NCBI GenBank assembly: GCA_965657825.1
Contig: CBFHQG010000002.1
Coordinates: forward strand, 2,290 to 66,289
DNA from: Actinomycetes bacterium
GTDB taxonomy: Bacteria; Actinomycetota; Actinomycetes; S36-B12
DNA: 64,000 bases
Reading direction: 5' to 3'
Of the stretch, positions 44,824-54,554 are shown one piece after another. Within the stretch, counting starts at the first letter, position 1. Each line of letters begins with the position of its first letter. The position numbers were made by a program, and so were the translations under genes. A model generated the notes under the pieces. The model was not told the DNA's origin. It saw nothing but the letters and a program-made list of their open reading frames with translations, and ran no database searches.

Positions 44824-45030
44824 CCTCGGTCGAAGACGGAGTTACCCCCGACGTTGCAGTGATGCGTCAAGTAGCGACCGGTAGACATGCGATGCCGAGC
44901 GTCGTGGCCCCCGCAGACTTTCCGCGGAATGTGCACCCGCCGGGTAGCGCTCGGCGTGACCGCGTGCGCGGACTAGTACATTAAGGAAGCCATCAGGGTT
45001 GGGTTCTAAGGATTAAGGAGTGGAACCCCC

Positions 45031-45102
45031 GGGTCGCTAGCTCAATGGTAGAGCTGCGGACTTTTAATCCGTAGGTTCGGGGTTCGAGCCCCCGGCGACC
45101 CA
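45031..45102 (+). tRNA. tRNA-Lys (TTT)
   Basis: GGGTCGCTAGCTCAATGGTAGAGCTGCGGACTTTTAATCCGTAGGTTCGGGGTTCGAGCCCCCGGCGACCCA, anticodon loop CUUUUAA. CCA is not encoded. Confidence 0.92.
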
Positions 45103-45118
45103 CTTACTCAAAATTTGA

Positions 45119-45481
45119 CTATGCCGCAGCACATGCGGGCGTCGATCCAGGCAAGCGGTGGCGGTTGCGAGCGATCCATCGGTAGGTGCGATCGGAGACC
45201 CAGGAAACACCGGGTAGGTCCCCGATGACGCCGAGCACCGGCCACGGTTGAGGTGCGGTGCGTAGCAAGGCCATCACTGCGCGGCTGCCTGACTGCACCT
45301 GTCGATCGCTGCAAACGAACTGAACCGCTTCGGTGCACTCCTTCTCGGTAAGACCGAACTGTGCCAGATCCACCCACTGGAATGGCTCGACGTCGGAATC
45401 CGGTCGGATCCAGCGGCGGATGAAGTTGGCCGACGTGGTGCAGATACCGCAATCGCCGTCGAAGATGAGGAGGGGACGCAC
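45119..45481 (-). CDS. Thiol-disulfide oxidoreductase DCC family protein (DUF393)
   Basis: LLIFDGDCGICTTSANFIRRW N-terminal CxxC motif; 120 aa. Confidence 0.75.
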   Translation of the reverse strand: MRPLLIFDGDCGICTTSANFIRRWIRPDSDVEPFQWVDLAQFGLTEKECTEAVQFVCSDRQVQSGSRAVMALLRTAPQPWPVLGVIGDLPGVSWVSDRTYRWIARNRHRLPGSTPACAAA

Positions 45482-45521
45482 GAGATCAGGTTATCCCGTG
45501 CGTCCCCTCCTCAGGCGTGGC

Positions 45522-46541
45522 CTAGTTCAGCCGACGCACCCGGGCGAAGGCGAGTAGGCCCATCGCGGTCAGGCCGGCCGACACCACCCAGAGTGCAGCG
45601 GGTCGCATCGGATCACCGATCCCAGGAAGGGGCGCCATCGGACCGCCACCGGCTGCCACACCGGTGGGGAATCCGGTCCCGGTGACGGTGACACCCGGGC
45701 TCGGGCTGAGCGTCGTCGTCGTGGGTGTGCCCGTCGTCGGACTCGGCGATGTCGTGCCCGGGCTCGGCGTCACCGTCGTCTCCGTCGGAGTCGGGCTCGT
45801 CTGCGTGGGAGTCGCCGATGTGGTTCCGGGGCTCGGCGTCACCGTCGTCTCCGTCGGCGTCGGGGTGGTTTCGGTCGGTGTCGGTGTTGCCGTCACCGTG
45901 GTCGTGACACCCGGACCGGGAACAACAATCACCTGGGTCGCGGTCACCGTTGCGGTCACGGTGACAGTGGAACCCGGACTCGGCGAGGTCTCGGTCGGAG
46001 TCGGCGACGTCTCGTTCGGAGTCGGACTCGTCTCGGTCGGAGTCGGACTCGTCTCGGTCGGAGTCGGCGACGTCTCGGTCGGAGACGGACTCGTCATCGT
46101 GGGACTGGGTGACATCGTCGGCACCTGACAGCCGTTGGTCCAGATCGCTTCACCGGCCGGCCAGTTCAATCCCGGGAAAGTGGTCCCGGTGTCGGGGTTG
46201 GTGATGGGCGGGATGATGTCGCCCCAGGACGCTGGCGGATCGGCTGGATCGAACACCGGACCGGTGTGGTCGCCGTGACCGTTGAGGAATTTATTTCCCT
46301 CTTCGTCCACGCTCGATGTATTCACACTGTTGACGATGTAGGGATTGCTGACTGAATTCGTCGCATGGCAAATCTGGACCTTCTCAGCGGGTGCAGCGGT
46401 CGCGGTGGGCAGCAGCATCCAGCCGGCGATGAGCGGGCCACCCAGTAGGCCGATACCGGCGGTGGTGGCCCAGCGCCGCCGTGGGGAACTCCGACCGCGG
46501 GCGTAGGTGCGCCCGTGAGGCTGGGGATGGGTGTCGGTCAC
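45522..46541 (-). CDS. Secreted surface protein with Pro/Thr-rich tandem repeats and a C-terminal membrane anchor
   Basis: RRRW-containing signal region, globular N-domain (KVQICHATNSVSNPYIV...), about 150 aa of (S/T)PTPTET repeats, C-terminal LPGIGD + hydrophobic helix + RVRRLN tail. Confidence 0.7.
   Translation of the reverse strand: MTDTHPQPHGRTYARGRSSPRRRWATTAGIGLLGGPLIAGWMLLPTATAAPAEKVQICHATNSVSNPYIVNSVNTSSVDEEGNKFLNGHGDHTGPVFDPADPPASWGDIIPPITNPDTGTTFPGLNWPAGEAIWTNGCQVPTMSPSPTMTSPSPTETSPTPTETSPTPTETSPTPNETSPTPTETSPSPGSTVTVTATVTATQVIVVPGPGVTTTVTATPTPTETTPTPTETTVTPSPGTTSATPTQTSPTPTETTVTPSPGTTSPSPTTGTPTTTTLSPSPGVTVTGTGFPTGVAAGGGPMAPLPGIGDPMRPAALWVVSAGLTAMGLLAFARVRRLN
45672..46121 (-). repeat. 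In-frame tandem repeats encoding the PT-rich linker (21-nt units and a longer ~69-nt duplicated unit)
   Basis: For example, five consecutive 21-nt units ggagtcggNNNcgtctcgKtc around 46010-46110 encode TETSPTP. TTVTPSPGTTS is encoded twice. Confidence 0.75.
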
Positions 46542-46693
46542 GATGTCTCCTCGGGGACGTCTTCTCTCGGTGGGGTCTGGCCTCGCCAGGATTTGGCGAT
46601 TCGTCTACCACCGTGGGCCGTCCGAGAGGGATTCGACAGATGCCCGACAGGCAGGGTCCGGTCATGGCGCGCTCATCGATGTGTGCGCTGTAC

Positions 46694-47146
46694 TCACGAC
46701 ACCGTGACAGCGAGCCAGGTCAAATTCGGATAGCTCGCATCGACGACGACCTCGACGCGCACGCCGAATCCTTTGAGTACCCAGATGCCGAGATCCTCCC
46801 GGGCTTCTTCCAGCGCGAAGCCGGTGGCGGTGAGAGACTCGATGTAGGAGTCAACCTCACTCAGTTGGTTGCCGAAGGTGACGTACTGCGCCACGAAATC
46901 ATCCCGGCCATCGTCTTGACCGCCGACGGCGAACTCCAGGGTGAATCCCTGCGGCGCAGCGACTTCCTCTGGCCAGTCGGTCGGCAGGCGTGGTTGGGTC
47001 GCCGGCCGTTGGAGCGTCGATGAGTCACTTCTCGCCACGGGTGTCGCGCAACCGCTGAGGATCATTGTGAGTGCGGCGATGAGCATGCCGGCGAGTACGA
47101 GGGTGCGCGACTGCGACAGGGATGCGGGGATGAGGGTGTCAGCCAT
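46694..47146 (-). CDS. Lipoprotein, function unknown
   Basis: LAGMLIAALTMILSGC lipobox; 150 aa. Confidence 0.55.
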   Translation of the reverse strand: MADTLIPASLSQSRTLVLAGMLIAALTMILSGCATPVARSDSSTLQRPATQPRLPTDWPEEVAAPQGFTLEFAVGGQDDGRDDFVAQYVTFGNQLSEVDSYIESLTATGFALEEAREDLGIWVLKGFGVRVEVVVDASYPNLTWLAVTVS

Positions 47147-47241
47147 AGCGGCGTCACCGTAGGCAGTGAACCCGTCCGCACCGGTTGTGTTGATCGGTCA
47201 TATGCCGGTCGTGGTTGGAGTTGCTCCGATAGCGTCCCGCC

Positions 47242-48642
47242 ATGACCTTGGTTGCGGGGGTCGACTCTTCGACCCAATCGGTGAAGGTCGTCGTGCGCGA
47301 TGCTGAATCGGGGGAGTTGGTCGGTGAGGCTCGCCGAGATCACCCCGACGGGACCGAGGTGAATCCACAGGCATGGTGGATCGCGCTGGGTGAGGCGCTC
47401 GATGAGGTTCAGCAGAGTGTGGGTGCACTAGGTGAGATCGCCGCGGTCGGGATCGGAGCGCAGCAGCACGGCATGGTCGCCCTCGATGAGGGGGGCGACG
47501 TGGTGCGCCCCGCACTGCTGTGGAACGACACTCGCTCAGCAGCGGATGCCGAGGACTTGATCGCTGAACTCGGGGGCCCTCAGGCGTGGGCCGATGCGAT
47601 CGGAAGCGTTCCGGTCGCATCGTTCACGGTGTCGAAGGTGCGGTGGCTGGCACGTCACGAACCGGCGCTCGCCGACCGCGTGAGACAGATTCTGCTGCCG
47701 CATGACTGGCTGACCTGGCGATTGGCTGGGGAGCCGCAGGTCGCGACGACCGACCGAGGAGACGTCTCAGGCACCGGCTACTGGTCACCGGCCGGCGACG
47801 ACTACCGATTGGACCTGCTGCGCCTGGCCTTCGGGCGCGATCTCGAAGTACCGCGGGTCGCCGCGCCTGCGGAGGTGGTGGGACACACCCGAACCGGTGC
47901 GATTCTGTCAGCAGGTACCGGCGACAACATGGCGGCCGCACTCGGTGTGGGTGCACAGCCAGGTGACGTCGTGGTGTCCCTGGGGACGTCGGGCACGGCC
48001 TTCGCCGTCTCGGATGTGCCGACCTTTGACGCCAGTGGTGCGGTGGCGGGGTTCGCCGATGCAACGGGACGTTTCCTGCCTCTTGTGTGCACGTTGAATG
48101 CCGCACGGGTGCTGACGGCAACGGCTGCGATGCTCGGAGTGTCCATGGAGGAGTTCACGCAGCTTGCGCTGACTGCACCACCGGGGTGTGATGGATTGAC
48201 GCTACTGCCCTATCTCGATGGGGAGCGCACGCCGAACCTGCCGGAAGCGACGGGCACGCTGGTCGGACTGACCCGCCAGACGATGACACCCGCACACTTC
48301 GCGCGAGCTTCGGTGGAAGGAATGCTGTGCGGACTAGCCGATGCGGTCGGCGCGCTCGAGGAGTTGGGTGTCCTCCCACGTCGTCTTCTGCTGATCGGAG
48401 GGGCAGCGGCGAATGCGGCAGTGCAGCAGATTGCGTGCACCCTGTTCGAGATCCCGGTCGTGGTGCCAGCGCCAGGTGAGTACGTCGCTGACGGCGCCGC
48501 CAGGCAGGCAGCCTGGGCGCTGACCGGGGCCAACGAGCCCCCGACGTGGGTGTCGACCCACACGATCGCACTCGAACCGCAGCCCCGGGCGCATATCCGC
48601 CAGGCTTTCCAGGAGGCGCGGCGGCAGCGGTACGGCGCCTGA
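47242..48642 (+). CDS. xylB: Xylulokinase (FGGY family)
   Basis: [19 protein letters not shown]-terminus, FGGY N and C domains, [12 protein letters not shown]. Adjacent to xylA. Confidence 0.85.
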   Translation: MTLVAGVDSSTQSVKVVVRDAESGELVGEARRDHPDGTEVNPQAWWIALGEALDEVQQSVGALGEIAAVGIGAQQHGMVALDEGGDVVRPALLWNDTRSAADAEDLIAELGGPQAWADAIGSVPVASFTVSKVRWLARHEPALADRVRQILLPHDWLTWRLAGEPQVATTDRGDVSGTGYWSPAGDDYRLDLLRLAFGRDLEVPRVAAPAEVVGHTRTGAILSAGTGDNMAAALGVGAQPGDVVVSLGTSGTAFAVSDVPTFDASGAVAGFADATGRFLPLVCTLNAARVLTATAAMLGVSMEEFTQLALTAPPGCDGLTLLPYLDGERTPNLPEATGTLVGLTRQTMTPAHFARASVEGMLCGLADAVGALEELGVLPRRLLLIGGAAANAAVQQIACTLFEIPVVVPAPGEYVADGAARQAAWALTGANEPPTWVSTHTIALEPQPRAHIRQAFQEARRQRYGA

Positions 48643-48780
48643 GATCACCGCTCACCGGCCTGCCCCGCAGCATGAATACCGGGTTACCGAAACGTTACAG
48701 GTTCGAGACTGAATCTGGTTGCAGCCCGGTCGCTTCCACGCCTATGTTCTGGCGCACAACAATTTCGAAAGGGGGAGCGG

Positions 48781-49941
48781 ATGGAGGCCTACACGCCCAC
48801 GACCGCCGACCGCTTCGCCTTCGGCCTATGGACGATCGGTCATCCTGGTCGCGACCCTTTCGGCGATGCGACCCGACCTCCTATCGACCCCGTGGACTTC
48901 GTCCGGGGACTGGCTGAGATCGGTGCGTGGGGGGTCAGCTTCCACGACGACGACCTCATGACCTTCGGGGCGTCGGAGTCCCAGCGCCGCGGTGAGCTCG
49001 ACCGGTTCATCGCCGCCCTGGCCGAGACGGGGATCGTGTGCTCCATGGCCACGACGAACCTGTTCTGGCATCCGATGTTCAAAGACGGAGCCTTCACCTC
49101 CAATGATCGTGATGTCCGTCGAGTAGCGATCGCCAAGACCATGCGCAATCTTGATGTCGCGGCCGAGCTCGGCGCACCGACCTACGTGTTCTGGGGTGGC
49201 CGCGAGGGCGTGGAATCAGCGGCCTCGAAGAACCCCGCAGATGCCCTCGATCGCTACCGCGAGGCTCTGGATTTCCTGGCCGGCTACGTCAAGGACAAGG
49301 GGTACTCCATCCGATTCGCCCTGGAGCCGAAGCCCAATGAACCGCGTGGCGACACCTTCTTGCCCACGGTCGGCCATGCTCTCGCCTTCATCGAGACCCT
49401 CGACAACTCCGAGATGGTCGGGCTCAACCCAGAGGTCGCCCACGAGACGATGGCGGGGTTGAGCTTCTACCAGGGTGTCGCGCAGGCCCTGTGGCAGGAC
49501 AAGTTGTTCCACATCGACTTGAACGACCAGAAGATCGGCCGCTACGACCAGGATCTCCGATTCGGCTCCGAAGGAATCAAGGATGACTTCTTCCTTGTGC
49601 GACTGCTGGAGAACTCCGGTTACGACGGGCCTCTGCACTTCGATGCTCGCCCCTATCGCAACGAGGGCGGCGACGGTATCTGGGACTTCGCACGTGGTTG
49701 CATGCGGACGTACCTGATACTGCGGGAGAAGGCACGAGCTTTCGATGCCGACCCGCGAGTCCAGCAGGCACTGGCAGATGCCGGTGTGGCCGAACTCGCC
49801 CAACCCACGGTCGGTCCGTATTCATCTGCCACCGCTCATGCTCTGCTCGCCGAGCAGCATGACCCACAAACCCTGGCCAGTCGCGGCTACCGCAATGAGC
49901 AACTGGACCAGTTGGTGATCGACACGATCCTCGGGACCTAG
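48781..49941 (+). CDS. xylA: Xylose isomerase (actinobacterial class I)
   Basis: [53 protein letters not shown] motifs. SD agggggag upstream. Confidence 0.92.
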   Translation: MEAYTPTTADRFAFGLWTIGHPGRDPFGDATRPPIDPVDFVRGLAEIGAWGVSFHDDDLMTFGASESQRRGELDRFIAALAETGIVCSMATTNLFWHPMFKDGAFTSNDRDVRRVAIAKTMRNLDVAAELGAPTYVFWGGREGVESAASKNPADALDRYREALDFLAGYVKDKGYSIRFALEPKPNEPRGDTFLPTVGHALAFIETLDNSEMVGLNPEVAHETMAGLSFYQGVAQALWQDKLFHIDLNDQKIGRYDQDLRFGSEGIKDDFFLVRLLENSGYDGPLHFDARPYRNEGGDGIWDFARGCMRTYLILREKARAFDADPRVQQALADAGVAELAQPTVGPYSSATAHALLAEQHDPQTLASRGYRNEQLDQLVIDTILGT

Positions 49942-50044
49942 ACGAGTCTTTCACCCTCACAGCACGACACGAACGCACAACTGGATAACCGCTCCTTAAC
50001 TGCACACGATCACCGCAGGGTCGCCCTGCCGGGAAAGGAATCGC

Positions 50045-51166
50045 ATGTCCAAGCGCACCTTCGGGACCTTCGCCGCGCTAGCGGGCGCAGGCCTCCTCAT
50101 CGCCGCCTGTGGCGGCAGCAGCGGTGGTGACACCACATCATCCACATCGGGGGCTCCTGCTCCCGAGACGACGGGCAAGGTCGGAGTCATCCTTCCCGAC
50201 GCTGCTTCGTCCGCTCGGTGGGAGACCGCCGACCGTCCGTTCCTGGAGCAGGCATTCAACGCCGCCGGCGTCGAGTACGACATCCAGAACGCTAACGGTG
50301 ACAAGGCCAAGTTCGCCACGATCGCCGATCAGATGCTCAACTCCGGAGTTCAGGTGCTCATGCTGGTCAACCTCGACAGCCCGTCGGCTGCCGCGGTCAT
50401 CTCCAAGGCCAACGACCAGGGCGTCCCGACGATCGACTACGACCGCCTGACCCTGGCCGGCAACGCGAACTACTACGTGTCATTCGACAACGTTGCAGTT
50501 GGCACCAAGATCGGTGAGGGTCTCGTGACCTGCATGCAGAACAACGGCAATGACGCCGGCCCTGTCGCTCTGCTGAATGGATCACCCACCGACAACAACG
50601 CCACCCTGTTCAAGGAGGGCTACGAGGCTGTCATCGTGGGTGCCGGATACACGATCGCTGCCGACCAGAGTGTTCCCGACTGGGATAACACCAAGGCCGG
50701 CACCATCTTCGAGCAGATGTACACCGAAACCGGTGGCGATCTCATCGGTGTAGCCGCAGCGAATGACGGACTCGGTGGCGCGGCCATCGCCGTCCTCGAG
50801 CGCAACGGTGTTGCCGGACAGATCCCGGTGACTGGCCAGGATGCGACCGACGAGGGTCTCCAGCGCGTCCTGCTCGGCACGCAGTGCATGACGGTCTACA
50901 AGGCCATCAAGGCTGAGGCAGACGCTGCAGCCCAGCTCGCGATCGATCTGCTCAAGGGCAATATCCCCGCGGCGGACGCACTGGCGAACAAGACCGTCGT
51001 GGACACCGAGACTGGTGTCGAAGTGAAGTCGGTCCTGCTCGAGCCGATCGCTGTGTTCCCGGAGAACGTCAAGCAGGTCATCGACGATGGCTTCACGACG
51101 TACGACCGCGTCTGCGCGACGCCTGCTATCCAGGAGAAGTGCGCGGAGTACGGCATCACGCCGTAA
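50045..51166 (+). CDS. xylF: D-xylose/sugar ABC transporter substrate-binding lipoprotein
   Basis: Lipobox LLIAAC. KVGVILPDAASSARWETADRPF...GVPTIDYDRL matches the XylF-type periplasmic binding fold. Context fits. Confidence 0.75.
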   Translation: MSKRTFGTFAALAGAGLLIAACGGSSGGDTTSSTSGAPAPETTGKVGVILPDAASSARWETADRPFLEQAFNAAGVEYDIQNANGDKAKFATIADQMLNSGVQVLMLVNLDSPSAAAVISKANDQGVPTIDYDRLTLAGNANYYVSFDNVAVGTKIGEGLVTCMQNNGNDAGPVALLNGSPTDNNATLFKEGYEAVIVGAGYTIAADQSVPDWDNTKAGTIFEQMYTETGGDLIGVAAANDGLGGAAIAVLERNGVAGQIPVTGQDATDEGLQRVLLGTQCMTVYKAIKAEADAAAQLAIDLLKGNIPAADALANKTVVDTETGVEVKSVLLEPIAVFPENVKQVIDDGFTTYDRVCATPAIQEKCAEYGITP

Positions 51167-51214
51167 CCCTGCGCTCGACTCGATAGCAGTCCCTCTCGAG
51201 CGAGATGCACATGA

Positions 51215-51248
51215 GTTGGGGGTGGGTCGAAAACGGCCCACCCCCAAC
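51215..51248 (+). other. Intra-operon stem-loop between the SBP and ATPase genes
   Basis: gttgggggtggg (51215-51226) pairs with cccacccccaac (51237-51248). It extends by G-U, C-G and G-C pairs to an AAAA tetraloop, giving about 15 bp. Confidence 0.55.
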
Positions 51249-51294
51249 CCATTCCTGGCACACTGAGGCACCACCCGATCGACAGCGAGGTCCC

Positions 51295-52074
51295 ATGAGC
51301 GACGAGTCCCTTCTCTCCCTCCGCGGTGTGAACAAGAGCTTCGGGCCGGTTCACGTGCTCCGCGATGTCAGTCTCGATGTCCGACCCGGTCGCGTGACCG
51401 CGCTGGTCGGCGACAACGGCGCCGGTAAGTCGACCCTGATCAAAGGGATCGCGGGCATCTACCCTTTCGATAAGGGCGAGGTGGTCTTCGAGGGCTCACC
51501 CGTGCACATCGCCGGGCCCAAACAGGCGAATGAGCTCGGTATCGAGATCGTCTACCAGGATCTCGCGCTGTGCGACAACCTCGACGTCGTCCACAACATG
51601 TACCTCGGCCGGGAAATGAAGAGCGGTGTCACCCTAGATGAGACCACGATGGAGAAGAACGCCGCCGAGACCCTGAGCGGGCTGAGCGTCCGCACGCTGA
51701 AGTCGCTGCGCCAGCAGGTCTCCAGCCTCTCTGGCGGTCAACGACAAACCGTGGCAATCGCCCGCGCTGTCCTATGGAACTCCAAACTTGTCATCCTCGA
51801 CGAGCCGACCGCTGCGCTCGGTGTCGCCCAAACCGAGCAGGTGCTCAACCTCGTGCGACGGCTGGCCGACAACGGTCTTGGAGTCATCTTGATCTCGCAC
51901 AACATGAACGACGTCCAGGCAGTGGCCGATGACATCGCCTGCCTGTACCTCGGCCAGCTAGCAGCTCAGGTAGACAAGGCGCGAGTGAGCGCCCAGCAAG
52001 TGGTCGAGCTCATCACCACCGGTCGCTCGGGTGACATCGGGCTTCAGGAGGCGGCACTGGGAGGTGCGGCATGA
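51295..52074 (+). CDS. Sugar ABC transporter ATP-binding protein (single NBD)
   Basis: Trimmed to MSDESLLSLRGVNKSFG. Walker A GDNGAGKST, signature LSGGQRQ, Walker B LVILDEPTA. Confidence 0.85.
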   Translation: MSDESLLSLRGVNKSFGPVHVLRDVSLDVRPGRVTALVGDNGAGKSTLIKGIAGIYPFDKGEVVFEGSPVHIAGPKQANELGIEIVYQDLALCDNLDVVHNMYLGREMKSGVTLDETTMEKNAAETLSGLSVRTLKSLRQQVSSLSGGQRQTVAIARAVLWNSKLVILDEPTAALGVAQTEQVLNLVRRLADNGLGVILISHNMNDVQAVADDIACLYLGQLAAQVDKARVSAQQVVELITTGRSGDIGLQEAALGGAA

Positions 52075-53327
52075 CCGCGCAGGTCACTGAGGTCGATTTG
52101 GCGGCAGCCGGAGCCACCGGTGGTGTGGGCCAGGCCGTTCGCGACTATCTCGCGCGTGTGCGCGGCGGCGACATCGGCTCCCTGCCCGCCGTCCTGGGGC
52201 TCATCGCACTTGTCGTCCTCTTCGGCGTCCTTGAAGGATCTACCTTCCTGTCGATCTTCAACTTCGCCAATCTGATCAACCAGAGTGCGGCCATCATCGT
52301 CTTGGCCATGGGCCTGGTGTTCGTGGTGCTCATCGGTGAAATCGATCTGTCCGCGGGCTTTGCCGCTGGCACAGCGGCCGCCGTTCTTGCCGTCACGCTC
52401 ACCAACCTCGGCTTGGCCTGGCCGATCGCCCTGCTCGCAGCACTCTTGACCGGAGCCGTCATTGGTCTGGCCATCGGCATGCTCGTCTCGCTCCTGGGAA
52501 TCCCCAGCTTCGTGGTCACCCTCGCCATGTTCCTTGCGCTTCAGGGCGCGATGCTGTTGATCATCGGCGAGGGTGGGACGATCCCGATTCGTGAAGATGC
52601 CCTGCTGGTCATCATGAACGGCAACATGGCTGTGTGGCTGGGCTGGGTGCTGGCAGGAGTAGTCATCGCGGCGTTTGCTTTGGTGAACCTGCTCGCGATC
52701 CGTCGCCGTCGCAGTGCGGGGTTACCTGCGGAGTCGTTGAGTGTCTGGGCGATCAAGGTCGTGGGTCTGGCCGTGCTGGTGCTGATGGCGACCTACCTGC
52801 TCAACCAGGAGCGGCAACTCGCCACCGCGAACATCGTCATCCAGGGTGTGCCCTGGGTTGTCGTCGTCATCCTGGGCCTTCTCGTTGTGCTCACCTTCAT
52901 TCTGCAGCGCACCGGATTCGGGCGACACGTCTACGCCGTCGGCGGCAATCGAGAAGCAGCCCGACGGGCGGGTATCAACGTCCGCGGGTTGATGATCACC
53001 TGCTTCATCTTCTGCTCCACGCTCGCCGCGATCGCCGGTGTACTTCTCGCCTCTCGTGACAACTCGGTCTCGCCGACCACCGGTGGAGCCCAAACCCTGC
53101 TCTTCGCGGTTGGCGCTGCGGTGATCGGCGGAACGAGCCTCTTCGGTGGGCGCGGCAAGGTGCGCGACGCCGTCATCGGTGGGCTCGTAATCGCGGTGAT
53201 CGCCAACGGTCTGCCGCTCATTACCCAGCAGTCGGGTATCCAGTTCGCGGTCACCGGATTCGTCCTGCTCATCGCAGCGAGCGTCGACGCGATATCCCGG
53301 CGCCGAGCGTCGTCGACGGGGCGCTGA
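52071..53327 (+). CDS. Sugar ABC transporter permease (xylH-like)
   Basis: About 10 TM segments. The start overlaps the ATPase stop. Typical CUT2 permease pattern (GEIDLSAG, GGTSLFGGRG). Confidence 0.85.
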   Translation: MTAQVTEVDLAAAGATGGVGQAVRDYLARVRGGDIGSLPAVLGLIALVVLFGVLEGSTFLSIFNFANLINQSAAIIVLAMGLVFVVLIGEIDLSAGFAAGTAAAVLAVTLTNLGLAWPIALLAALLTGAVIGLAIGMLVSLLGIPSFVVTLAMFLALQGAMLLIIGEGGTIPIREDALLVIMNGNMAVWLGWVLAGVVIAAFALVNLLAIRRRRSAGLPAESLSVWAIKVVGLAVLVLMATYLLNQERQLATANIVIQGVPWVVVVILGLLVVLTFILQRTGFGRHVYAVGGNREAARRAGINVRGLMITCFIFCSTLAAIAGVLLASRDNSVSPTTGGAQTLLFAVGAAVIGGTSLFGGRGKVRDAVIGGLVIAVIANGLPLITQQSGIQFAVTGFVLLIAASVDAISRRRASSTGR

Positions 53328-53333
53328 CCCCCG

Positions 53334-54554
53334 GTGGCTCCACTCGTCGGCGCGACCCAGGATGAGGTCCGCAGGTCGAACCTGTCTCTCGTCCTCACCC
53401 TGCTGCATCGAAGGGGGGCTCTGTCACGCTCGGAGATCACCGCGATCTCCGGATTGAATCGCAGCACCGTAGGGGCACTCGTCGCCGAATTATCGGAGTC
53501 CGGATTGGTTCGCGAGAAAGGATCCGTTACTCGTGGAGTCGGACGCCCCTCCCTCCTCGTGGAGCCGATGTCCGCATCGGCGATTGTGCTGACCCTCGAT
53601 GTGCGAGTCGAGCGGACGGTGGCGGCCGTGGTCGGTCTGGGCGGCGAGGTGTTCGTCCGGCAGGAGAGGCGGTATCGGGAAGCCGTGGGCGATCCGGGGC
53701 TCATCCTCGCTGAGATGACCGAGCTCGCCCGCGATGTGCTGGAGCAGGCACCCGAGGGCGCCGCGTGGATCGGAACCGGGATCGGTATCCCCGGGGTAGT
53801 CCGATCCGAGGATGGGCTGGTCCGGCAGGCGCCGAATCTCGGCTGGGTCGATGTGCCGCTCGGAGATCTCATCGGGGAGGTACTGGATCCGATGACCGGT
53901 GGGCTCTGGGTGCGAAACGACGCCGATCTCGGTGCCGTCGCTGAGCACCTGCGGGGAGCAGCACAGGAGGCGGACGATGTCGTGTTCCTCGCCGGCGACG
54001 TCGGTATCGGCGGCGGCGTCATCGTGGATGCTGCCCCGCTCATCGGTGCCGGTGGCTACGGCGGTGAGGTCGGTCACATGCGCGTGAACCCCTCCGGGCG
54101 TATCTGCCGCTGCGGAGCTCGAGGATGCTGGGAGACCGAAATCGGAGCGGAAGCTCTCGTCGATGCGGTTCGTCGTGCCACGGGGACCTCGGCGTCGCTG
54201 GCCGAGATCCTCTTCGCTGCTCGCGAGGGTGATCCGACATCGATGCAGGTCGTCGCCGGGGTCGCCGACTGGTTGGGTATCGGCCTGGTCAATCTCGTCC
54301 ACCTGCTCAATCCGCAGGCCGTCGTGCTCGGTGGTCATCTCGCCGAGGTGTACTCGATGGCCCCTGAGCAGGTCGTCGCGCAACTCGATCGTGCGCTGCC
54401 CGCAGCGCGTGAGCAGGTACGCGTCATGCCCGCCGTGTTGCGTCGCGACGCCACGCTCATCGGCGGGGCTGAGGTTGCGTTCACGGGCCTGCTCGCTGAT
54501 CCAGCCGCGGTGACCGCGCAGGCCCGAGGTGTTCGTTCGCTCAGCCTGGACTGA
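53334..54554 (+). CDS. ROK-family transcriptional regulator (candidate xylose repressor)
   Basis: N-terminal wHTH (VRRSNLSLVLTLLHRRGALSRSEITAISGLNRSTVGALVAEL). ROK sugar-kinase-like domain with GEVGHM...CRCGARGCWE zinc motif. Confidence 0.8.
   Translation: MAPLVGATQDEVRRSNLSLVLTLLHRRGALSRSEITAISGLNRSTVGALVAELSESGLVREKGSVTRGVGRPSLLVEPMSASAIVLTLDVRVERTVAAVVGLGGEVFVRQERRYREAVGDPGLILAEMTELARDVLEQAPEGAAWIGTGIGIPGVVRSEDGLVRQAPNLGWVDVPLGDLIGEVLDPMTGGLWVRNDADLGAVAEHLRGAAQEADDVVFLAGDVGIGGGVIVDAAPLIGAGGYGGEVGHMRVNPSGRICRCGARGCWETEIGAEALVDAVRRATGTSASLAEILFAAREGDPTSMQVVAGVADWLGIGLVNLVHLLNPQAVVLGGHLAEVYSMAPEQVVAQLDRALPAAREQVRVMPAVLRRDATLIGGAEVAFTGLLADPAAVTAQARGVRSLSLD

Noticed and set aside
45672-46121. 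Possible CRISPR-like or satellite repeat array
   Set aside because: The repeats are 21-nt in-frame units with no unique spacers, inside a coherent Pro/Thr-rich coding region. The 13-nt array at 42860-42928 is also far too short-period for CRISPR. No cas genes are present.
46400-46541. Twin-arginine (Tat) signal in the PT-repeat protein (SPRRRWATTAGIG)
   Set aside because: It resembles S/T-R-R-x-F-L-K only loosely (RRRW). This cannot be decided from sequence inspection alone, so it is not called.
44824-46700. Prophage or integrative element at tRNA-Lys
   Set aside because: There is no integrase, excisionase or phage gene on either side, and I found no copy of the tRNA 3' end downstream. Only the 5'-boundary repeat upstream (reported as a finding) is present.
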